From a virus, in the IMG/VR virus record IMGVR_UViG_3300029240_000001: 64,000 bases of DNA; one strand, given 5' to 3'. The first letter of the stretch is position 1. Every line of letters starts with the position of its first letter. A program made the position numbers and the translations under genes. Below the pieces are notes generated by a model. It had not been told where the DNA came from. It was given only the letters and a program-made list of their open reading frames with translations, and did not search any database. This document shows, in pieces, positions 45,046-51,602 of the stretch.

Positions 45046-45104
45046 TTGACATATGACAAGTAGTGTGGTAATATGTAAGCACGCTAGACAGTACAAAATT
45101 ATAG
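45046..45104 (+). promoter_or_regulatory. sigmaA-type promoter (TTGACA-N17-TAATAT) followed by box ACAGTACAAAATTATAG
   Basis: TTGACA at 45046-45051, TAATAT at 45069-45074, box at 45088-45104. Confidence 0.7.
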
Positions 45105-45141
45105 TTAATAATTAAAAATCACTAAAAGGAGATTATGAATT

Positions 45142-45798
45142 ATGGCAACGAAGGAACAGATGACGGTACATCGTGCGCTTGCAGAACTTAAGGTTATTGA
45201 TTCACGCATCAATAATGCAATTTGTTCTGGTACGTTTGTGATTGCGAATAAGCATTCTAATGAAAAGATCCATGGAGTGACTATTAATGAGTTCAAGAAC
45301 AGCATGAAGTCAGATTTCCAGAAGGTGTCTGATCTGATTGCAAGACGTAATGCAATCAAGAATGCGGTTGTTGCATCTAATGCAGTAACGAAGGTTAAGG
45401 TTGGTGACAACGAATACACAGTTGCTACTGCAATTGAGATGAAGAACCATGGGATGGAGTTTAAGAACACATTCAAGAAGTGTCTTGAAGCTCAGTATGC
45501 TGTAGCAAAGAATGAGCTTGATAAGAACAGCGGTGATCCTCTTGAGAAGAGAGCAGAGAATTATGTTCTTAGTGTCATTCAGGCACAGCCGAAGGATTCT
45601 AAGATGGCTGTTGATTCGGAAGCGATGAAGAATCTTCGTGCTCAGTACATCAAGGATAACACTTATGACATCATTGATCCTATTGGTGTCAAGGATGCCA
45701 TTGAGCAGCTTGACAACGAGATTTCTAGTTTCATTACTGAAGTTGATGCGGCACTTTCGGTTAGTAACGCACTGACTGTGCTTGATATCGAGTATTAA
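45142..45798 (+). CDS. hypothetical protein (218 aa), likely abundant
   Basis: AAAGGAG SD; GC-richer codon usage; four promoters within 720 nt upstream. Confidence 0.7.
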   Translation: MATKEQMTVHRALAELKVIDSRINNAICSGTFVIANKHSNEKIHGVTINEFKNSMKSDFQKVSDLIARRNAIKNAVVASNAVTKVKVGDNEYTVATAIEMKNHGMEFKNTFKKCLEAQYAVAKNELDKNSGDPLEKRAENYVLSVIQAQPKDSKMAVDSEAMKNLRAQYIKDNTYDIIDPIGVKDAIEQLDNEISSFITEVDAALSVSNALTVLDIEY

Positions 45799-46289
45799 GC
45801 AGCTAACTTGCTGCCATTCGAAAACCTAGAACGGACTTGCTTCGATGGTTTTGACCGATACATTGATGTGAAATAATAAAAAAATTGGTCTTCAACAATA
45901 TTTTTACTAATGCTAATAATACAGTAAAAAAGATCTAATATATGACTTGACTTAAAATTGATTAAAATTAAGATGTACATATATTTTCTAACTGTAAAGC
46001 TTAAAGTTTAAATATCAATGTTCAGAGATCAATGTTCAAAGATTATTTTTTCGTCAAAGTTTAAGTCTTAAAGTTGTAAAGAGGGCTTTTAGATAATTAT
46101 TAATTAAAATTGTGTGCCCACAAAGTTTTACAAAATCCTTGAGCAATGGTTTGGTTTCAAGTTCAATGGCCATAGGTTATCCACAAGGCTGAATGGTAGC
46201 AATACTTGTACGAAAATAGGCTAATGTGAAATAGACAGAATTTTGAGTACTAGCAGAGCTGGGCATCTCTGAAAACTGCCCATTGATAT

Positions 46290-46376
46290 GCAGGTGTGCT
46301 GGAATTGGAATACAGAACAGACTTAAAATCTGTCGCCCAGATGGGATTGAGGGATCGTGACCCTTCACCTGCACCA
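46290..46376 (+). tRNA. tRNA-Leu(UAA), class II
   Basis: Acceptor GCAGGTG/CACCTGC + A + CCA; anticodon arm ACAGA-CTTAAAA-TCTGT; long variable arm CCC-AGAT-GGG; T-arm GAGGG-ATCGTGA-CCCTT. Confidence 0.8.
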
Positions 46377-46464
46377 CGCGAACAAATGGAATGCGTCAAG
46401 TAATGTGTGGCTGGCTGACCTAAGAACCATTGACCTTGGCAAGTCATTAAACTACCATCTATAT

Positions 46465-46549
46465 GGGGGTGTGGCGTAACTAGCAGCCGCGCAAGTCTCA
46501 AAAACTTGTGGAGAAATCCGTCCGGGCGCACATCCCGGCACCCCTACCA
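46465..46549 (+). tRNA. tRNA-Leu(CAA), class II
   Basis: Acceptor GGGGGTG/CACCCCT + A + CCA; CAAGT-CTCAAAA-ACTTG; variable arm GGA-GAAA-TCC; T-arm CCGGG-CGCACAT-CCCGG. Confidence 0.75.
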
Positions 46550-46552
46550 TAT

Positions 46553-46645
46553 CCTCCTTTAGTGTAATGGTAGCACGGCGCACGCAAGGCGCTAGAGCGG
46601 TTCAACTCCGTAATGTGTTAGAGCGGTTCGATTCCGCAAGGAGGT
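46553..46645 (+). tRNA. tRNA-Cys(GCA)-like with ~26-nt extra arm and C33
   Basis: Acceptor CCTCCTT/AAGGAGG + U73; D-arm GTGT-AATGGTA-GCAC; GGCGC-ACGCAAG-GCGCT; AGAGCGGTTC occurs twice (46598, 46620); no encoded CCA. Confidence 0.5.
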
Positions 46646-46829
46646 CGTCTGGCACGGACGAAGTGCGCTGTGGTCATACAGTAAAATGACAAAGCTCATG
46701 GCCGATATGGATGGCGACAAATATGAGCGAGGCAGAACAATTAAATCTTGGGTCTGCAAGTAAGCCTGTCGGCAACAGAGGAGAGCCTTATGCTTGCTAG
46801 GTGTTCTAGATGCCTTTCTCCTCATAAAT

Positions 46830-46928
46830 GGGAACTTGGTCAAGTTGCTAAGACACTGGCGGGGACAGAATAGTGCAAACATTAAGAGCACACTGCCGGA
46901 GACACGAGTTCGAATCTCGTAGTTCCCA
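46830..46928 (+). ncRNA. tRNA-like gene (99 nt) with expanded anticodon region
   Basis: Acceptor GGGAACT/AGTTCCC 7/7, class-II-type D-arm, canonical T-arm ACGAG-TTCGAAT-CTCGT; middle is an irregular long hairpin capped by AGTGC-AAACATTAAGA-GCACT. Confidence 0.45.
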
Positions 46929-46937
46929 ACTTAATAT

Positions 46938-47022
46938 GGGTCAGTAGCGAATCGGCAAACGCAGCAGACTGTAAATCTGCCTCCTTCGGGAATAGGTGGA
47001 TCGACACCACCCTGACCCACCA
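46938..47022 (+). tRNA. tRNA-Tyr(GUA), class II
   Basis: Acceptor GGGTCAG/CTGACCC + A + CCA; GCAGA-CTGTAAA-TCTGC; variable arm TCC-TTCG-GGA; T-arm GGTGG-ATCGACA-CCACC. Confidence 0.85.
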
Positions 47023-47201
47023 AATGATAGTGAGTAGTGCAAATAGAAAAGATAAGAACGAAATAGTACCTTGTATGGTGGATAAACCTATTAATCACTT
47101 ATTGATTTTATTGGAGTCATGCACGGCTCCGCTTGCTATCATTACCATAGGTCTTTGTGGCAACTGTACGACCTTATAAACTACTAAAGTTGCAATATTA
47201 T

Positions 47202-47277
47202 GCTCCGGTAGTTTAATTGGTCAAAACGTGCGACTTATAATCGCTTGTTGGGGGATCGTGGCCCTCTCGGAGCACCA
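47202..47277 (+). tRNA. tRNA-Ile(UAU)
   Basis: Acceptor GCTCCGG/TCGGAGC + A + CCA; D-arm GTTT-AATTGGTC-AAAC; loop CTTATAA; T-arm GGGGG-ATCGTGG-CCCTC. Confidence 0.75.
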
Positions 47278-47309
47278 CATTAAATTTTACACTGAAGAAG
47301 TGATGACAT

Positions 47310-47990
47310 TTGAGTAATGACGTAATAGGAACTAGAATTGGCATTTACGATATTTTATATGAATGTAATTTTAAATCAAATGATGGACATAAATTGTACC
47401 ATGTCAAATGTTGCGAATGCGGATATGAAACTAATATGCAACTAAGACATATTGGTGATGCAAAAAAATGTACCCATATCAATAAAAATGGGACAATAAA
47501 AATGTTTAGCGCTTATACTTGGGAGAACAAAAGAATAGGCGGAATATTCCAAGGCATGATCCAAAGATGCTACAACGAGCATGATAAAAGTTATCGTTGG
47601 TATGGGGCTAAAGGAATTCAAGTCTATGATGAATGGATTAACAATCCAAAGTCCTTTGAATATTGGGCTTTAGAGAATGGTTATGCAGACGATTTAACGA
47701 TTGATAGAATTAAAGAAGATGATAATTATTGCCCTGAAAATTGTAGATGGGTTACTGGATCGAATAATGCAAAGTATAAATCCACCACAAAAATGACTAC
47801 GGTAGATGGTATATCCCATACTGGAAGAGAATGGGCAGATATTCTTCATGTTGGAACAAATGTTATAAATACAATGTTAAGAAGGTTTCCAGAAGAACAA
47901 GTAAAGGAATTCATTAAAAAGCGAAAATTAGATCCGTCAAAGCATCCAACTAGTCATCAAACTTGGTTCCAAGTTTATGAGATTTCATAA
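47310..47990 (+). CDS. HNH-type homing endonuclease embedded in the tRNA array
   Basis: 226 aa, TTG start; ...YRWYGAKGIQVYDEW...LTIDRIKEDDNYCPENCRWVT..N resembles the phage HNH_3-type DRID(N)..NY.P.NCRW core. Confidence 0.65.
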   Translation: MSNDVIGTRIGIYDILYECNFKSNDGHKLYHVKCCECGYETNMQLRHIGDAKKCTHINKNGTIKMFSAYTWENKRIGGIFQGMIQRCYNEHDKSYRWYGAKGIQVYDEWINNPKSFEYWALENGYADDLTIDRIKEDDNYCPENCRWVTGSNNAKYKSTTKMTTVDGISHTGREWADILHVGTNVINTMLRRFPEEQVKEFIKKRKLDPSKHPTSHQTWFQVYEIS

Positions 47991-48240
47991 TTCCCAGATC
48001 AAAGTCAACAACAAAGATTGCTGACCTGTCGTGTGGCAGCATATAAATGAGCGACTTAATACATTTTCCATATAGCTCCTTAAAAATTGCTTTAAGCAAA
48101 GCGTAAATGCTTATCGCTACTAATCATTAGCGGTTGTTGAAACATAAATGAAACACTGAGGTCGGAAAGGCTCCCGACGCTCCTCTTATGAGGAACCTGA
48201 GATGCAGGATACGCCGCCCTGCCAGTGTTTAAAATTATAT

Positions 48241-48311
48241 TATCGTATAGCTTAATGGGAAAGCGCCCTCACTATCAGAGGGAGATACTTGTTCGATTCA
48301 AGTTGCGTTAG
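48241..48311 (+). tRNA. tRNA-like, anticodon loop ACTATCA (UAU with C33); identity uncertain
   Basis: Acceptor TATCGTA/TGCGTTA (6/7); D-arm GCTT-AATGGGA-AAGC; CCCTC-ACTATCA-GAGGG; canonical T-arm ACTTG-TTCGATT-CAAGT; no CCA. Confidence 0.4.
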
Positions 48312-48389
48312 AAAAATGTGGATGCTATGCACGTCGCGCGCCGCCACTAAACAAAGCGTAGCTGGCGCTGTGGAAAGACACAGAGATCT

Positions 48390-48474
48390 GCAGGAGTCCC
48401 ATAGTGGTCGATTGGAGCGGTTTTGTAAGCCGCCAGCTTTGCTCACGTCGGTTCGAATCCGACCTCCTGCTCCA
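48390..48474 (+). tRNA. class-II (long variable arm) tRNA with anticodon UGU
   Basis: Acceptor GCAGGAG/CTCCTGC + U + CCA; D-arm CCA-TAGTGGTCGAT-TGG; GCGGT-TTTGTAA-GCCGC; 13-nt variable arm; T-arm GTCGG-TTCGAAT-CCGAC. Confidence 0.55.
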
Positions 48475-48596
48475 CATTGCCAGCTATCGCTGCTTGTAGT
48501 TAGTGAGTTGTTTTAGAAGCAGTAAACCCACAAGTATGGTGGGCGGCACACCAGTAGTCGTTAAGGGCGAGATCAAGATGAACTGGTACATTATAT

Positions 48597-48712
48597 GCAA
48601 GTAAGGAAGAATTGGTCTTCTCTCATTTAACAAAGCTGAGATACAAAAAGATCGCTACTTTGGAAACGTTCGCTTTGGGGAAATGTGTGTTCGAATCACA
48701 CTACTTGCTCCA
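48597..48712 (+). ncRNA. tRNA-like gene (116 nt) with 11-nt anticodon-position loop and ~43-nt extra region
   Basis: Acceptor GCAAGTA/TACTTGC 7/7 + U + CCA; D-arm GAAG-AATTGGT-CTTC; TCTCA-TTTAACAAAGC-TGAGA; canonical T-arm GTGTG-TTCGAAT-CACAC. Confidence 0.45.
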
Positions 48713-48836
48713 GCGAGGTAACGTCACTTCCATCACGTAGCACAGCGGATAGCAAATAATGAAAGAGATATGTGCACCTAGGCTCTTGTTTGAATTATTT
48801 GGTTATGATAAAGAAGGATTGGAAACCTCGCTTTAT

Positions 48837-48926
48837 GAGAGCGTAACTCAGTTGGTAGAGTTTTATAGCGTGAAGGGATATGCTATTGAATACCCTTAGT
48901 CGCCAGTTCGAGTCTGGCCGCTCTCA
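48837..48926 (+). ncRNA. tRNA-like gene (90 nt) with ~18 extra nt around the anticodon arm
   Basis: Acceptor GAGAGCG/CGCTCTC 7/7; canonical D-arm ACTC-AGTTGGTA-GAGT and T-arm GCCAG-TTCGAGT-CTGGC; interleaved ATAGC/GCTAT and AAGGG/CCCTT pairings in between. Confidence 0.45.
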
Positions 48927-48953
48927 TTAAAATATATATTAGGAGAAATAGTT

Positions 48954-49208
48954 ATGGCAATTAAAATAATTAGTAAAGGAAAAGATTTTGATAATCCTAT
49001 ATTTACCCAGCGATGCCCTAAATGCGATTGCGTATTTACCTATCAGAATGAAGATGCTCACAGGGAGCCTACTGGCAGGTATTACAAAGATTTTGAAGAT
49101 TATTTTATTAAAATGGACGATTGCGACAGACAAGAAATTGCAGTATCTGTTGAATGTCCTTGGTGTCATAAAAAGATTCATATAAAGGATGAATATAAAA
49201 AGATATGA
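48954..49208 (+). CDS. small zinc-ribbon protein (84 aa) inside the tRNA array
   Basis: TAGGAG SD; CPKCDC...CPWCH. Confidence 0.6.
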   Translation: MAIKIISKGKDFDNPIFTQRCPKCDCVFTYQNEDAHREPTGRYYKDFEDYFIKMDDCDRQEIAVSVECPWCHKKIHIKDEYKKI

Positions 49209-49346
49209 AAGATTACAGTGTAATTGCTCAATTTTAATGGAGTATTATGAATTGGCATGCAATAAAATTTATGGATGAATGTTATCGTCCGACAAGTTAA
49301 TGGGTTCTTGTCGAAGATAAAAACCCTTATTTGATATAACTAGTAT

Positions 49347-49421
49347 GGGTCTGTAATTCAATAGTAGAATATACGCCTTTTAAGCGTACTACGGACGGAG
49401 CGTAACCGCCCAGACCCACCA
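49347..49421 (+). tRNA. tRNA-Lys(UUU)
   Basis: Acceptor GGGTCTG/CAGACCC + A + CCA; D-arm ATTC-AATAGTA-GAAT; TACGC-CTTTTAA-GCGTA; T-arm GACGG-AGCGTAA-CCGCC (one mismatch). Confidence 0.75.
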
Positions 49422-49519
49422 TTTATTCTCTTCAGTTTTGCGTCATGAAGATCTATGTACAATCTTCTGCTCTGTTACCTGTTTATGCAGGTTAGATGAA
49501 TAAAGGCAGAGCTATTTAT

Positions 49520-49596
49520 GGCTGGCGGGAGGTTGGCATCTCAACTTGGCTCATAATCAAGCTCAATTCAGTTCGATTCTGAAGCTCAGCAACCAA
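49520..49596 (+). tRNA. tRNA-Met/Ile2(CAU)-like; acceptor stem poorly paired
   Basis: CTTGG-CTCATAA-TCAAG anticodon arm and canonical T-arm TTCAG-TTCGATT-CTGAA, 3' ...GCTCAGCAACCA; I could not pair a clean 7-bp acceptor; ends approximate. Confidence 0.35.
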
Positions 49597-49598
49597 AT

Positions 49599-49672
49599 AG
49601 CGGATTAGTGTAATAGTAGCACGACAGACTTTGGATCTGTAGGTAGGGGGGCAGAACCTCTATCCGCTGCCA
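49599..49672 (+). tRNA. tRNA-Gln(UUG)
   Basis: Acceptor AGCGGAT/ATCCGCT + G + CCA; D-arm GTGT-AATAGTA-GCAC; ACAGA-CTTTGGA-TCTGT; T-arm AGGGG-GGCAGAA-CCTCT. Confidence 0.75.
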
Positions 49673-49702
49673 TATAAAACAATAAACTAGGAGGAACAAA
49701 CA

Positions 49703-49819
49703 ATGAATACAAGAACCAAACTACATTACGAGAACCGCATTGCAAAGCTTAAGGCCAAGGGCGAAGTGATGAATGACAAGCTTATCAAGAAGGCACAGCG
49801 GCAGATGAACAAGCTGTAA
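49703..49819 (+). CDS. 38-aa basic peptide (below cutoff) inside the tRNA array
   Basis: TAGGAGG SD 7 nt upstream; MNTRTKLHYENRIAKLKAKGEVMNDKLIKKAQRQMNKL. Confidence 0.45.
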   Translation: MNTRTKLHYENRIAKLKAKGEVMNDKLIKKAQRQMNKL

Positions 49820-49961
49820 CAAAAGTCAATCCCAATTTAAATAGGAACAAAGAGCGCCGTTGGTAGGCATACGGCATATAAACCGCCTACTTGCAACAAT
49901 TGGTGACGGCCTCACCTAAAACAGCCGGTCGCTACTGCTCAATTGCGGCTCCTATAAATAT

Positions 49962-50035
49962 GCGGGTATAATGTAGTGGTAACATATGACCCCTCCAAGG
50001 TCAGATGGCGAGTTCAAATCTCGTTGCCCGCTCCA
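49962..50035 (+). tRNA. tRNA-Gly(UCC) with C33
   Basis: Acceptor GCGGGTA/TGCCCGC + U73 + CCA; D-arm ATGT-AGTGGTA-ACAT; TGACC-CCTCCAA-GGTCA; T-arm GCGAG-TTCAAAT-CTCGT. Confidence 0.8.
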
Positions 50036-50212
50036 AAAGACGCCGATTGGGAAGCCTGCTTTATTGTTAAGTGGAAGGATGATAAAAACCTTCCCGCTAA
50101 CTTGCACACCCAATGCAAGGAATGTGCTTGAGTCTTGGTGCATTGAAAGTCGGATATGGTGCACAATTACAAACTGGCGTTGACTGCATTGCAGCAGCGA
50201 CCACGAGATGTG

Positions 50213-50242
50213 GGAGCCTAGCAAAAACTAGGCTCCTTTTTT
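50213..50242 (+). terminator. intrinsic terminator closing the tRNA array
   Basis: GGAGCCTA-GCAAAAAC-TAGGCTCC followed by TTTTTT. Confidence 0.8.
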
Positions 50243-50257
50243 GTACATATTGTATAC

Positions 50258-50316
50258 TTGACAAATGGCAAGGATGTGATATTATATACTCGTAAAACGA
50301 CAGTACAAAATTATAG
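50258..50316 (+). promoter_or_regulatory. sigmaA-type promoter followed by box ACAGTACAAAATTATAG
   Basis: TTGACA at 50258-50263, TG-extended TATTAT around 50280-50285, box at 50300-50316 fused to the SD GGAGAG. Confidence 0.65.
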
Positions 50317-50331
50317 GAGAGAGAAAATAAC

Positions 50332-50973
50332 GTGGACAGAATTAAGAAACTATTGATTATTCTAACATTAGTTACTCTAATCTTGCTATCAATACCCGTC
50401 AATAAAGAGAGTAACGATGCTATTCCAGCAGCTCCTGAAGCAACGGAAATTGTTGATGAAGAGACGCTAGAAGAAATATTTATTATGGAACCAGAAGATG
50501 AGATTGTTACGACAGAGGAAGAGCAATCCGCCGTAGTTGATGAGGTTGTTGAAGAACAGCCAGAACTGCTTTCTGCTCCGCAACCGCAATATTCAGATAA
50601 CGATTTAATGCTTCTGGCAAAAGTGATTTACGCCGAGGCAGGTAGTGAGTTCCTTTCTGATGAGTGGAAGATGTGTGTTGGTGAAGTTGTGTTGAACCGT
50701 GTAGCTTCACCAGAATTCCCGAATACAATTTACGATGTTGTTTATCAGCAAGGACAGTATCAAGGAGCTAGAAGTGGCTACATTGCAAGGTTAACGCCGA
50801 GTGAACGATGCATTGATATTGCGAGACGACTGCTAGACGGAGAAAGGCTTATGGAACCCTCTGTTGTGTTTCAGGCTAATTTTAAACAAGGCAGCGGAGT
50901 CTGCAAGGCTTTATATGATAGCCATCTTGGATGGACATATTTTTGCTATTCTAGTAATATGAGTTTGTATTAA
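50332..50973 (+). CDS. SleB/CwlJ-type cell-wall hydrolase with N-terminal membrane anchor
   Basis: GTG start; LLIILTLVTLILLSIPV anchor; LLAKVIYAEAGSE...GEVVLNRV.S..FPNTIYDVVYQQGQY is the Hydrolase_2 signature. Confidence 0.8.
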   Translation: MDRIKKLLIILTLVTLILLSIPVNKESNDAIPAAPEATEIVDEETLEEIFIMEPEDEIVTTEEEQSAVVDEVVEEQPELLSAPQPQYSDNDLMLLAKVIYAEAGSEFLSDEWKMCVGEVVLNRVASPEFPNTIYDVVYQQGQYQGARSGYIARLTPSERCIDIARRLLDGERLMEPSVVFQANFKQGSGVCKALYDSHLGWTYFCYSSNMSLY

Positions 50974-50985
50974 GGGGAAGGTTAA

Positions 50986-51159
50986 ATGAGATACATAAAA
51001 ATGAGTGTATTAGCTGATAAGCTGAATGCACGTGGCGGAGAACAAATTAGCAAAAATCTAGTTAATTACTGGTTTAGCACACTAGGTTACGATGTTAATC
51101 TAGAGCAAGCGGAAGATAACAAAAATACAAATAACAACAAAGGAGAAGAAAAACAATGA
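50986..51159 (+). CDS. small hypothetical protein (57 aa, below cutoff)
   Basis: Hand-translated MRYIKMSVLADKLNARGGEQISKNLVNYWF... (HTH-like); GGGGAAGG SD; ATGA overlap with the next gene. Confidence 0.5.
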   Translation: MRYIKMSVLADKLNARGGEQISKNLVNYWFSTLGYDVNLEQAEDNKNTNNNKGEEKQ

Positions 51160-51602
51160 ACAACAATGACATGTCAACAGCTCTACGCAATCAGATTGAG
51201 ACTATTCGCCGCAAGAGATGGTGCTCCGAAAATGAATGTAGAAAATGCAAGAATTCCTTTTGGTGCAATATGTGTCGGCTACTAGCTTCTGCGGCAAACC
51301 ATATTGATGATATGAATGAGCAGCTTCGTGCACAGGAGCAAATGGCAAAGGATACTTGTGATCTACTTACACGTCAGCTATTGGAAGCAACAAATACGGC
51401 AGATGCCATGCGAGAAGACGTTGTTGATCTGGCTAATGATCTTCAGCTCGGACACGTTTGCGAGACTTGTATCCGGAGAGAAAATTGTCTCAAGAACAAG
51501 ACGGGTTGGATGACAAACAAGCAGTGCGTTGATTGGGAATATAAGAAGTTTGCTATTGGTGTGGTGAACAATTGTTGTGGACAAGTGAGATGGATGAGCT
51601 AA
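51156..51602 (+). CDS. hypothetical Cys-rich protein (148 aa)
   Basis: AAAGGAGAAG SD. Confidence 0.6.
   Translation: MNNNDMSTALRNQIETIRRKRWCSENECRKCKNSFWCNMCRLLASAANHIDDMNEQLRAQEQMAKDTCDLLTRQLLEATNTADAMREDVVDLANDLQLGHVCETCIRRENCLKNKTGWMTNKQCVDWEYKKFAIGVVNNCCGQVRWMS

Noticed and set aside
45799-45814. Hairpin GCAGC-TAACTT-GCTGC after the 45142-45798 gene as a terminator
   Set aside because: It has a short stem and no downstream T-tract, so the evidence is too weak to annotate.
46177-46891. ORFs 46177-46377, 46250-46531 and 46592-46891 (minus strand)
   Set aside because: They overlap hand-folded tRNA genes and GC-rich structured spacers and have no SDs. They are artefacts of locally high GC.
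48370-48389. CCACTAAAC segment as a possible CUA (amber suppressor) anticodon loop
   Set aside because: I could not build a 5-bp anticodon stem or a cloverleaf around it.
48252-48516. ORFs 48252-48446 (minus) and 48289-48516 (plus)
   Set aside because: They lie on top of tRNA/tRNA-like genes and have no translation signals.
49952-50402. ORFs 49952-50224, 49986-50183, 50097-50402 and 50113-50295
   Set aside because: They cover tRNA-Gly, the array terminator and the downstream promoter, and are not plausible genes.
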